Source: Octopus sinensis
Lineage: Eukaryota
NCBI RefSeq assembly: GCF_006345805.1
Contig: NC_043005.1
Coordinates: 36,022,001-36,086,000, forward strand
Reading direction: 5' to 3'
Length of the DNA: 64,000 bases
The position numbers and the translations under genes were made by a program. Every line of letters starts with the position of its first letter. Within the stretch, counting starts at the first letter, position 1. Positions 1-11,829 of this stretch are shown here, piece by piece. The notes below the pieces were generated by a model that ran no database searches, was not told the DNA's origin, and saw only the letters and a program-made list of their open reading frames with translations.

Positions 1-726
1 CAGAAAGGAAACTGAAGAGGGAGACAAACAGTTTGTTAGTAGCTGCACAAGATTAAGCATTAAGGACTAATTGTACACAAGCCAAGATAGACAAAAAACA
101 AGTAGATTCTCAACGTAGATTATGTAGATCAAGAAAGGAAAGCGTTTCTCATATAGTAAGTAAATGTAGCATGCTGGCACAGAAAGAATACTAGAAATGA
201 CCTGACAATGTAGGGAGATTAATCCACTGTGAGCTATGTAGAAAGCTAAGATTTGAACATACTGATAAATGGTATGCACATGAACCTAGTTAAGTACTAG
301 AAAGTAAGGAATACAAGATGTGGGACTTTAACATTCTGAGTAAGTAGATAAAGAGAACAGAAAGTGCCAGATAGTTGATTTTACAGTTCCAAATGATAAA
401 AAAAATAATACGAGAAGTATAGAATAAATAGCAAAGTATCAGGACGTAGCTATTGAATAACAGAGACTATGAAAAGTGTGGGTAAAATGTATTCCTGTAG
501 TTATAGGTGCATTGGGAACTATCCCTAAAATCTGAACCGATGGATTAGAGGAAATAGGCATAAAACCTAGTTTAGTGCAGCTGCTGAAAACAGGATATTT
601 AGGAGGGCTCTTGACATCTAAGGTTACTTGCTGTAACCCAATGGGAGGGTTCTTGGCATTTAAGGCTACTTGTTGTAGCCGGATGTTAAGATTCTTTTCT
701 TTTCCAACAGTCTAATCTGTTAGGTG

Positions 727-727
<1 letters not shown>
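1..727 (+). mobile_element. 3' end of decayed R4/Dong-type non-LTR retrotransposon (restriction-like endonuclease region plus 3' UTR)
   Basis: Broken-frame peptides VDFTVPND..., KYQDVAIE..., VKCIPVVIGALGTIPK, typical of RLE-type LINE C-termini; runs directly into (TAA)n. Confidence 0.8.

Positions 728-793
<66 letters not shown>
728..793 (+). repeat. (TAA)n microsatellite / LINE tail
   Basis: Direct reading. Confidence 0.95.
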
Positions 794-796
<3 letters not shown>

Positions 797-1330
797 GCTC
801 TGATTCAGTACCAAGAAGCCCTCATGCAGTACCAGGATATTCTGGTAATTGGAAGTGTTAGCATGTACATGTTTTGTCTTGGTGTAAAAGATGGGCTACA
901 GCAAATATTCTGTATAATACCGCAGATTTGCTGGTCAGTTGCTTGACCTTAACCAGTTGAGCATGTCGTTCTGAGAATACGTACATCTCTGACTATGAGC
1001 AGGACAGTGAGGGAGCATCATAATCATATTCATGTACTGAAAGGGGTTGTTTGGAGTTTGAATAATTGATCTCTACAAACATGTGTGTTTCGTTCATCAT
1101 CTTTAAACAACTCTTATTCAGGAACCTTTTGGGCGAGATGGGCTACTCGATCCGAAGAAAACTCTAACTGGGCCCCACCTGCAAGGTCGTGCGCAGTTTA
1201 TCTTGATATGAGATCACCATGCAGCGTGCATATACTTGTGATGCATGTGCCTGGTGTGCTCTTATAAGACGGGTATATTTGTACCCCAATGTCATTTTGA
1301 TGACATGCGCTGCTCTCTCACTCAATAATA
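794..1330 (+). mobile_element. ~540 bp non-coding interspersed repeat embedded in TAA repeats (copy 1; copy 2 at 13741-14282)
   Basis: Colinear similarity to 13741-14282 (e.g. ttgtcttggt-taaaagatgggctacagcaaatattctg); TAA repeats on both sides. Confidence 0.8.
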
Positions 1331-1334
1331 ATGA

Positions 1335-1545
1335 TTTCAAATTTAGGCACAAGGCCATCAATTTCGTGGTTAGTGGGGTAAGTCGATTACATCGACCCCA
1401 GTTTTCAACTTGTACTTGTTTTGTCGACCTCAAAAGGATTAAAGACAAAATCAACCACAGCGGAATTCGAACTCAGAACGTAAAGACGGACGAATTGCCG
1501 CTGAGCATTTTTCCCGGTGTGCTAACGATTCTGTCAGCTCGCCGC
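1335..1545 (-). mobile_element. tRNA-derived SINE, family A
   Basis: Minus strand has GGCGAGCTGACAGAATCGTTAGC head and GTTCTGAGTTCGAATTCC B-box; many related copies in the window. Confidence 0.85.
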
Positions 1546-1561
1546 TTTTCCTATCACTCAG

Positions 1562-1566
1562 TGCTG

Positions 1567-1659
<93 letters not shown>

Positions 1660-1686
1660 ATAATAATAATAATAATAATAATAATT
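1562..1686 (+). repeat. (CTA)n-(TAA)n compound microsatellite
   Basis: Direct reading. Confidence 0.95.
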
Positions 1687-1689
1687 TCA

Positions 1690-2030
1690 GTCTTGCTGAG
1701 TTCTTTCATAATATCTTCTTTTGCTTCTATGATCTCTGTATTATTCAGCTCAAATTCTGTGTCATCTATTCTGGTGTTTTTGAACTAAGTCTACTTTCTC
1801 CTCTTTTTTCAAATATCTGTTCTTCACTATTCTTTCTTCGGCTTCCTCGCTGGGATATACTGCTCGTACACTGAGTTCTGTGCATCTGTTACCTATTTCA
1901 CCTGCATTGTAGCTGTTTTCGTTAACATGAGATATTTGAGTCCTAATTTGGCTAATTTCAGTGTCAGTTAACCTTTTATTCTTAACGATGTCTCTTTGTA
2001 CATTTCTTAATTTATTTGTGTCCTAAAAAA
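1690..2030 (-). mobile_element. Probable N-terminal ORF fragment of an R4/Dong-like LINE
   Basis: Minus-strand peptide DTNKLRNVQRDIVKNKRLTDTEISQIRTQI resembles N-terminal regions I recall for this LINE group; recollection only. Confidence 0.4.
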
Positions 2031-2194
2031 TAAAAGACAACACAATCATGATATGTAATGTTGCTCTTAGACAGATCTTAGGAAATAAGGGAAATGACCT
2101 ATCAACCATTAATAACCTCATCTACTCCACTGCTAAAGTTGTAACTGCTCAACTACGTATCAGGACGACACAGAAAACGACCAACCATGTCAAT

Positions 2195-2410
2195 AATTCT
2201 TTCTACTATAGGCACAAGACCTGAAATTGTTGGGGAGGGGACTAGTTGATTATATTGCCCCCAATGTTTCGCTGGTACTTAATTTATTGACCTCCAAAGG
2301 ATGAAAAGTGAAGTCGACCTCGGTGGAATTTGAACTCAAAACGTAGCGACGGGTGAAATATCTCTAAGCATTTCGTTCAGTGTTCTAACGACTCTACCTG
2401 AACGCCACCT
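2195..2410 (-). mobile_element. tRNA-derived SINE, family A
   Basis: ggaatttgaactcaaaacgt B-box complement and aaggatgaaaag central domain. Confidence 0.85.
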
Positions 2411-2452
2411 TATAACACCACCACCACCACCACCACCACCACCACCACCACC

Positions 2453-2484
<32 letters not shown>

Positions 2485-2565
2485 CATTAACAATGATAAT
2501 AATAACCATCATCATCATCATCATTAGTATTATTATCATTACGAAGTGTCTTTCATGAATATATT

Positions 2566-4030
2566 TTGTTACTATTACTTTTTGTTTTGTGTATGATACC
2601 GCTGACTTGGATGTTGAGAAGCACGAAAGCTGGCTTTGGGTTCAAAGACAGGAAAGATATGATCAACCATTTACTTTTTATGGACGACTTGAAGCTTTAT
2701 CGGAAAGATGAAAACCAGCTGAATTCGTTGATTCAAACAGCGTATTGCTTTAGCGCATACACATTTGAATTGAATTTGGGCAGAAAAGTATGTAGCATAG
2801 ATTCTTAAAAGAGGTAAACTCCAACAAGTGGAAGGTTCGAAATTGCCCGCGGGAGGATTAATGAAGAGAATAAAGAAGGGTCTAGATATCAGGACATTTT
2901 GGAAGTAGGTGAATTGATTGAAAGCTAAATGAACGAGATATTCTCTCAAAAATATTACAGAAGGCTGAAATTAAGTTTTGAAGACTAGACTAAATGGGAG
3001 GAGTAAGTTTCCAGGCCTTTTGGGATATGGTGCTGAGCTAACACGATGGCGAACAGAAGAACTGTAATCAAACAAGGAAACTACTAAAAATACATGGTGT
3101 GTTCCACCCGAAAAGTTAGGCTACACCTAACAAGAACGAAAGGAGGTAGGTTGATGAGTTGTGAAGATGACTATTTAGTATATAAAGAATGCAGAAGATG
3201 CACTACTTGCATAAGTAAGTAAGGTAGATCTATTCATACAGAAAGTAGTTAGGATAAGATGAATTACAAAATAAAGAGAGAAACGAAGAGGGAAAACATT
3301 TGAAAATATAAGATGTACGGTTAGTTTTTATGAAATTTAACCAGGAACACAGATCCAAATATAAAATGGATGTGATTACAAAAGCGATCTAAAACTTGAA
3401 ACAGAAGCCTTGATATGAGCAGCATAGGAACAACACATGTTTTGAGAACAAGCTACACCAAGCACAGAATTGAACAATCAGCAGAATTCGACAAATGCAG
3501 AATGTGTGGTGAAACTGGAGGGACAGTCTAGTAGTATTTGAAGTGAAAGTAAGAAATTGTCTCAAAGAAAATACAAGAAAAGGCATGACAATGTCACCAG
3601 AATGATTCTGTGGGAACTATGTAACACGTTTGGATTGGAAAAAGTGAAAAATTGGTATGAACATGAACCAAAGGATATGGTAGAAAAATGACAGAGTAGT
3701 GGTACTTTGGGTTCTGTGATCCAATATAATAATAAAATCAAACATAGGAATCCCAATATTGTGCTGACAGGCAAGGGAGAAAAACCGTGTCTGATTACAG
3801 ACATCAGAATTGACGAAAACGGAAAAACTGATGAGATATGTTGCTCTGAAGAGAGAAATTAAAAGGCTATGGTCAATGAAAAGTGTATAGTGCTCCAATA
3901 ATTTTTGATGCCCAAGGTAAAATGAGCAAAACAAAATTCTTTTAAGTGGTTGGAAATAAAAATAGGAAAGATCTAGGAAGCAGTGTTACTTGGCTGTGCA
4001 AGGAGTTTTCGCAAAGTCTTCGAGACTTGA
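2566..4030 (+). mobile_element. Decayed R4/Dong-type LINE (RT C-terminal part, zinc knuckle, RLE)
   Basis: INHLLFMDDLKLY RT motif, CRMCGE zinc knuckle, RHDNV motif; many stops and frameshifts. Confidence 0.85.
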
Positions 4031-4089
4031 AAAGAAGATACCACTGTGGTACTAGGAAGTGACCAGCTGGTACAGTAATGGCACCTTCA

Positions 4090-4505
4090 GCAATAATAAT
4101 TCTTTCTACTATAGGTACAAGGCCTGAAATTCTGGGGTAGGGCTACATCGACCCCAGTGTTTAGCTAATATTTATCGACTTCGAAAAGATGAAAGGCAAA
4201 GTCGACCTCGCCGAAATTTGAACTCAGAGCGCAAAACCGGAGGAAATGTCATTTTGTCGAGTGCGGTAACGATTTTGCCAGTTCGCCGCCTTAACAGCTA
4301 TAATAATGGTTTCAAATTTTGGCACAAGATCTGCTATCTCGAAGGACAATTACATCGACCCAAGTGTTCAATTGGTATTTATTTCATCGACTCCAAAAGG
4401 ATGAAAGGCAAAGTCTCCCTCGGTGGAATTTGAACTCACAACATAGAGACGAACGAAATGCCGCTAAGCATCTTATCCGGCGTGCGAACGATTCTACCGG
4501 CTCGC
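4090..4505 (-). mobile_element. Two adjacent family A SINE copies (about 4090-4292 and 4300-4505)
   Basis: Two occurrences of gatgaaaggcaaagtc...aatttgaactca followed by the head complement. Confidence 0.85.
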
Positions 4506-5070
4506 TATATATATTGAATATTAAAAATGTGCTAACCTCTTTGAATTTTAAAGTTTTATTGAATAATAAACCAAATTTTTGGTTAGAAGATAGGTTACCA
4601 TAAGGACTCTTCTGACATCATCTGTCCTTTGACGAATCTTGTTTTTCATCTGGCAAGGTGTCCTTTTCCCCGCCGTCAAAAAACCCCCACTCCACTCACC
4701 AAGCAGTGTTGGTGGTTTTGCCGATTTATTCACCGACAGGGTTACTAGTTACCAATAACACTCACTCAAGTGCGACATATCTCTCATAAGTTTCATGACA
4801 TGAAAACTTTATACATATTTTATATGGTATGAAAACCTTGTGTGAGATTTGTTAGCTGTGAGTTGGATTATTTGGTCTGTCTCTGTCCTGCTCCCAATTA
4901 AAACCAACTACAATATCTAGGTTTTATTATCATGTTTATTTACAGGTTGATGTTACAATTGTTACTTTACATAAATCTGTTATGCTGCATACAGGTAGCT
5001 AAGTGTGTGAGTGTGCGTGCGCGCGTGTGTGTATATATGTATATGTATATGTATGTATATATATATATAT

Positions 5071-5460
5071 AGGCGCAGGAGTGGCTGTGTGGTAAGTAGC
5101 TTGCTAACCAACCACATGATTCCGGGTTCAATCCCACTGCGTGGCATCTTGGGCAAGTGTCTTCTGCTATAGCCCCGGGCCGATCAATGCCTTGTGAGTG
5201 GATTTGGTAGACGGAAACTGAAAGAAGCCTGTCGTATATATGTATGTGTATGTCTGTGTTTGTCCCCCTAGCATTGCTTGACAACCGATGCTGGTGTGTT
5301 TACGTCCCCGTCACTTAGCGGTTCGGCAAAAAGAGATCGATAGAATAAGTACTGGGCTTACAAAAAGAATAGGTCCCGGGGTCGAGTTGCTCGACTAAAG
5401 GCGGTGCTCCAGCATGGCCGCAGTCAAATGACTGAAACAAGTAAATGAGTAATGAGTAAA
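5071..5460 (+). mobile_element. Full-length tRNA-derived CORE-like SINE, family B
   Basis: Head GTGGCTGTGTGGTAAG...GGTTCAATCCC, CORE-like CTTGGGCAAGTGTCTT, short tandem tail (tgagtaa)n. Confidence 0.85.
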
Positions 5461-5548
5461 TGAGTAATATACATATATATATACACATATATGTATATAT
5501 ATACACAGACATATATATGTATATATATATATACATATATATACATAC

Positions 5549-5632
<84 letters not shown>

Positions 5633-5826
5633 AATATGTATATATACATAAATATGTATATATACATAAATATGTATATACATAAATATGTATATATACA
5701 TAATATGTATATATATAATATACATATATACATATATATTATATATACATATATACATATATATATACATAAATATGTATATATATACATATATACATAT
5801 ATGTATTTATATACATATATACATAA

Positions 5827-6160
5827 AGGGTAAAGACCCCCTTCGGTCATGAATGACCATGGGATTGCACCTAGAAAGTTACCTTCCTAGATACAAGTCC
5901 GGGCAAGGTTGTTTATGGAAGGCCAGCAGTCGCCCATGCGTACCAGCCTCCCCTCTCCACGCCACCAGTGTTATCCAAGGGAAAGACAAAGGTCGATACA
6001 GCTTGGCACCAGTGACGTCGCAACTCATTTCTACAGCTGAGTGAACTGGAGCAACGTGAAATAAAGTGCCTTGCTCGAGAACACAACACGCAGCCCGGTC
6101 CGGGATTCGAGCTCACAACCTCACGATCGTAAGCTCGACGCTCTAACCACTGAGCCAACG
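5827..6160 (-). mobile_element. tRNA-derived SINE, family C
   Basis: Minus strand begins GCGTTGGCTCAGTGGTTAGAGCG...GAGCTCGAATCCCGG (A and B boxes). Confidence 0.85.
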
Positions 6161-6163
6161 CAT

Positions 6164-6230
<67 letters not shown>

Positions 6231-6290
6231 TATACATATATATCATACATATATATATATATATATATTATATTATATATATATCTATAT

Positions 6291-6320
<30 letters not shown>

Positions 6321-6332
<12 letters not shown>

Positions 6333-6602
6333 TTAGAGACAAAACCACTATTTTGCAAAACAAACAAGGAAAGACTTAATCAATACATAAAATTTTAATA
6401 AAAGTCAAAAAAACCGCCACTACAATTGTTTCTTGTCTTGATCGACAATCTTCAGGTGGACTTCCAATAAGTCAGTTTCAAATTATGACTTCATAATTGT
6501 AGTGGCGGTTTTTTGGACTTTTTATTAAAATTTTATGTATTGATTAAGTCTTTCCTTGTTTGTTTTGCAAAATAGTGGTTTTGTCTCTAATAATATTATA
6601 TA
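6321..6602. repeat. Inverted repeat (~107 bp arms, 6321-6427 and 6495-6602), probable PLE inverted terminal remnant
   Basis: Arms are reverse complements with 1-2 differences; AT-rich/(TA)n flanks; contains a hammerhead motif. Confidence 0.85.
6417..6459 (-). ncRNA. Minimal type I hammerhead ribozyme motif
   Basis: Minus strand: CCAC-CUGAAGA-UUGUC(GAUCAA)GACAA-GAAA-C(AAUU)GUA-GUGG; all three stems pair. Confidence 0.85.
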
Positions 6603-6677
6603 ATATTTTACTATAAAATTGGATTTAATCCTAAATCTGATTTTTTCCCTGTAAATTTGGATTTATTCCCTAATATT

Positions 6678-6757
<80 letters not shown>

Positions 6758-8039
6758 TATATATATATAATATATATACATACATATAAATATATATGTG
6801 TGTGTTTTTTTTTCCTTGTCCTTAGCTGATGTTGTTTTTCTTGATGTCTCATTGGTCGTTTTCCACCAATCACAACCGAATGCTGAATCTTGAAAATTCT
6901 TTCTTTGACCTAACAACTACGGATAGAGGAATATCATATCCTCCTGGAGAGAACCAGACACTAACAGAAACCATATCTCTGTCTCGATCTTTCCTTCTCC
7001 CTTCTCTCTGTTTTCAAACTTATGTCCTGCATACACAACACAAACACACACATGCCCCCCCCCCCACACACACACACAAACACTAATGAAAAAGAAATGT
7101 TGGTAATTCAGAGGTTTAAGGAAATGAAAACAAACAACAGTACCATATCATAATTTCATGAGAAACAAATCTACGTAACATAGCAAATGTATAGAACTTT
7201 ACATGTGTTTCATATGACATGAAAACTGTATATATATATATTTTATATAGTATAAAAACCTAGTGTGAGATTTGGCCAGCTGGGAGCTGGATTATTTGGT
7301 CTGTCTCTATCCTGCTCCCAATTAAAACAAACTACAATATTTAGATTTTATTAACATGTTTATTTACAGGTTGATGTTACAATTGTTACTTTACACAAAT
7401 CTATTATGCTGCATACCAGTAGCTAAGTGTGTGAGAATGTATGTTTGGCAAGAGGAGAAAATATTATACCTTCGTGTTTGGTGAGATGTGATCTTTTTTG
7501 AACACTAGCTCGGAGCAGCATGGCAACCGGCTAACCAAGAAAACCTCTATGAATACTCTGGTTTGTATTTCCCGCACATATCGATTTATGACCATAATTT
7601 GGCGCGAAACTGTGTGGAATTTTCCATTAATCTTAACACCACACATGCGTCAGAACAATATCTGGCTGAAATATGGGCCATGGTCACCTCATAAGGGCAA
7701 TCGCCGCCAAATATGGAGACTTGATATGTTGTGGCCTTTTCTCGTTACTGATACGACGTGTATATATTTTATATAACATGAATATCGTGCACATATTTAA
7801 TATAAAATGAAAACTGTACATATAACTTATATAACATAAAAAGAATTCATATAATACATATAAAATGCAACCAATCATATTTACGCTTGGTATAGTACAT
7901 TGATACGGTGCTATTTCTGAAATATTTAAGATATCACCAGATGGTACTATACAAGTAGATGTCTGCGGACGCAGCATTACGAGGAAGTTATGTTAATAAA
8001 ATTGAGGGATTTCACCATTTCTCTTTATGCTTTCTTTAT

Positions 8040-8900
8040 GAAATTATGGAATGTTAATGCCCAGCTAAAAACTCCTGGATTTAGGGTGCTCAGTGCTTCC
8101 CTAAGCAGGAGCGAACTCCGTAGTCACACCTCCATGCCTTGGGATATAGGAAAGGAGAGGTGAGATCTTTATCATGACTAATACAGTGCGGGTGCAAACA
8201 ACCGGTGCGATATCACGACTGTTTTTCGACATGACCTTTTGAGATGAATCACAAATTACGTAGGTCGAACTGTGAAGTCATAAACCCTCTCAGAAGAAGA
8301 AAATCCGTTTTCAAATGCCAGACAGATGGAACTTGTGAACTTCGATCATCAACACTCTGATCGTCTACAGGAAGGAAAACCCACCAGAAAACCGATTCCC
8401 CTTCATGTCTTCAAGGTTGGGCGTTGGAATAATCACGTTATCCTGAATAAACTTCAAGCATTCAGAATAATCCGCAACACCTTGGAGAGATAGTGGTTCC
8501 TAACCTGGGAAGAGAAAGATGGGGAACGTAGAACCAGGTGCAAACCATAGCCATACACAGTACAGCAAGGAGAAAGAGAGATTCAAAGCCTTATGTGCCA
8601 CCAAGCACAAAGTAAGAACTATCGTCACTTTCAATTTTTAAAAATCCTGAAGCGAATCGCTTCCTGGAATCTTGGTCAAGATTCGAAACCCAGTCTAAAT
8701 GTTTCTATGAGTCCTTCCTATTGTACTCAGCGTTTGGACTAAGGGATTTATGAGACTTGACCATCAACTTTAGATAAGCCCTACTGTTTCCTGAGAATCC
8801 TTAATACAGTTTAATACAGTCGAGACAGATAACAGAAGAATACTTTGCTTAGCTTAATTTAGTTGGACAAATATAAATAAATTCTTCCTCTTCCACTCGG
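8040..8900 (+). mobile_element. Possible highly decayed DIRS-like tyrosine recombinase remnant
   Basis: Scattered peptides in the expected order (MPWDI; KHKVRTIVT; SW...CFY) loosely resemble DIRS recombinase motifs; weak. Confidence 0.25.
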
Positions 8901-9562
8901 CGCTACGCTGAAAGAGCAACACTCTTTCGCTTGATACCAGTCGGAAGAAGCTTCTCTTGCATATCACCGAAGGACTATACAGCTTTCATTTTCTCTACAT
9001 GTCAACATACAGAGGTAAATTCTCTCACTGTTTCTCTCTCCTTCTTTCATCCATCTTCTAGCAGTCACTCACAGATGAACTTAATTACCTACAAAGTAAC
9101 AGAACTGCGAATAATCTTTGCACAACAACTCGAAGTTGTTTCTTATACAGTGACGGTAAAATAAAGGCCATTTCAAACTATTATTTTTAGCCTGTCATTT
9201 CTTTGGTACATATAACCGTTATAATTCCTAAATAGCATACTAACCGGGAAAAAAAATTCTAGCTTTCATTAAAACAGATTTTCAACACACTGCTTCTAAA
9301 ATACATTTCTGTGAACGAACAATGTTACTTGTCATACCAATTTTTATTTACCTCTTTGAAATTGTATCGATTTAGACATTTTATCTTTCTGTTGTTCCAT
9401 ATCTACCATATTTAATTGTTTATGTTTCTTTGATTAAATTGATCAACTTAGCTTACGTCTTTAGTAAATCTATATTTAATACAATATCCACCCATCAACG
9501 TCCAATCACACAAATGTGTGTGTGTGTATGTATATACATATATATATATATATGTGTATATA

Positions 9563-9601
<39 letters not shown>

Positions 9602-9763
9602 GTATGTTGTGTAACTGAGAGAAAGAAAGAAAGATGGCCGATGAAGCGACACTTTGGGGTTTGCTGTGTAAGTCTGTAATGGGGGAACGGGTGGGTGGTG
9701 GCAAACTAGTTGCTTTGGTCAGGACACACTCTAGCCACACTACTATATACACACATACGCACG

Positions 9764-9808
<45 letters not shown>

Positions 9809-10918
9809 CAGATACACGCGCGTGCGGACACAAACATGATTAAATAACCAAATGATGACAGATATGTAATTTAAGAATAAACATTTAACACTCAAAAACA
9901 TCACTCTATATAAACTGTAAATATATATTTCGTCTCTACCTGCAGCAACCTGTTTAGTCTTTTATACTATTACATACAATCGTCCATGCACAAATAACTC
10001 AGTTGGCAAAATCAGGTCTATTCTACTCAATTATCGATTTTTTAGATTTATTGACAACACTCATTGCGGCAGTCACTTAAACTAGAAGCTATAATTCTTC
10101 ATGGGTGAATAGCAGAATGGCTTGAGGAAGTCTCAGTTTAATTCTTGGCACAATGCCAAGTTTACCATAAATTCACATTCTGTAACGACGCTGATTTCAT
10201 TCATGCGTTCCTGTAAATGGGATATTCAAATTATTGTTCCATTATAAGAGCCATTATTTAAATTTCTCATTTGCATTACAACAGCACACCTCTTCTCCAT
10301 TGTCTGGAAATGTGGGAGGTCGGCACTTCGATGAAGTAGCAGCTGTTTAGTTACACTATTGGCTTAATGTGCAGATGTCGCAGAAATTAATGCCTTCTTT
10401 TCATTTCTTCGTGATTGTTTCGCCATAAAATAATTTGATGATTTCCTCGGTTACAGAATAAATAAAAGCCTGATAGCATTGGTTTGTGTGTAAAGTTTGG
10501 ATAATTCTGTAATAAGACACCGGCTGATATTTGAACCGTAGCTCTCAGATTTTTCCAGTCTAGAACCACGACCTAATGTATCTCAATAATAGAAAAAGTG
10601 TTACCATAACGTCTATGTTAAGTTGTCTTAACCAATCGGCACTGGTTGACGTATGATGGCCGAGGTGGTAAACTTCAGAAGCATGTGAGTTTTCCCGCCA
10701 AACAGCTTGGCCGAAGATTCTAGAAGAATGGTTAATAACTATCGAAAGACTGGCAATTTCAGCCTACAAGAAAGAGAGAGAGAGAGAGTGGAAATCTATG
10801 GAAATCTATCTCGGTTGCCTCAGTGGGTTGTCCTAACCCCACATTTATTTTTCCCTTTTCTTATGTAACATAACTCTGTTATATTCGACAAAAGGCAATC
10901 ATCTTAACTTGTAATGCC

Positions 10919-11229
10919 TGTAGCGGACGCTTAGTGAAATTCTCTCTTTCTGGTATATATAACATAATTACGGACCTGTTGTGTCCACTACTCTGATTGG
11001 TTGGTATTGGCGCAATTTGTCTCTTGCTCTATTACGCGCCAATGTGCAACCCAACCAATCGCAGCCTTCTGATGAGGTCCCGTGACACACTTTTTCTAAA
11101 GCTCCAATTGAGGCTATAATTTGCTATAAAACACAGCGATTCATCGAGTCGAGCGTCTTTGGTTCTAGACCACTAACCACAGAGCTCTCAGCCAGTTCCA
11201 GCGACAGACAGCCTGTTCCAGCGACTACA
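10919..11229 (+). mobile_element. LTR candidate of Gypsy-like element
   Basis: TGTAG...CTACA inverted termini, TATA-like CTATAAAA at ~11124, pol fragment immediately downstream. Confidence 0.55.
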
Positions 11230-11269
11230 CCAGCAACAACTTGGAGAATCAACTCGTTCGTCCAGCAGT

Positions 11270-11825
11270 ATTCAAGACCTCCATCTCCGTCGCACTGAGT
11301 TTCGCTTGAAACTACAGGTAGTGTTTGTGCCTTCAGAAAAGAATAAGGCAGATATGCTAACTAAGGGGGAAAAGCCACGGTTGGTGGCGGCAGAAGATGT
11401 ACAGAGTGTGGTGGCTGCAGCGTGTCGCTTGGTGGGCCCAGAGCTGGGGAGGTTGCACAGCATGCACCATTTGGATGTAGACAAGACTCTGTTCCTGGCC
11501 AGGAAAGTGGACCATAATGTTACCAGGGAAAGTGTTCGGTAAGGGGTGCGGAGCTGCGGCAGATGCAAGTCTATAGACCCCGCACCGAGTGTGCATGAAG
11601 TAGGATGGATTCAGGTTGGAGAAGATTGGAAGAGGTTGGCGATAGATATGGCTCATTATCGGGGAAGGCAGTACCTCTCAATGGTTGACTCTGGGCCAGG
11701 ACAGATGGCAATACGGAAAGAAATTAGGATGGGAGCTGCGGCTGAAACTGTTGAGGTCCTAAATGCAGTATTCCTGGAGAAGGGTCCAGTTAATGAGCTG
11801 TTAATGGACTACAGCAGTATTTCGC
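11270..11825 (+). mobile_element. Gypsy-like pol fragment (RNase H end, HHCC zinc finger, integrase core start)
   Basis: NKADMLT; H..HH...CGRC; WKRLAIDMAHYRGRQYLSMVD; ELLMD. Confidence 0.75.
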
Positions 11826-11829
11826 TCGG

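Noticed and set aside
1219-1788. 189 aa ORF with poly-L/poly-I
   Set aside because: Read-through of repeat, SINE and (CTA)n/(TAA)n sequence.
5315-6379. Long ORFs of YI/HT/CV dipeptides (also 20.7-22.1 kb, 26.7-27.5 kb, 32.7-33.7 kb, 60.1-60.8 kb)
   Set aside because: Translations of (TA)n, (CA)n, (TACA)n and (CTAT)n microsatellites; not genes.
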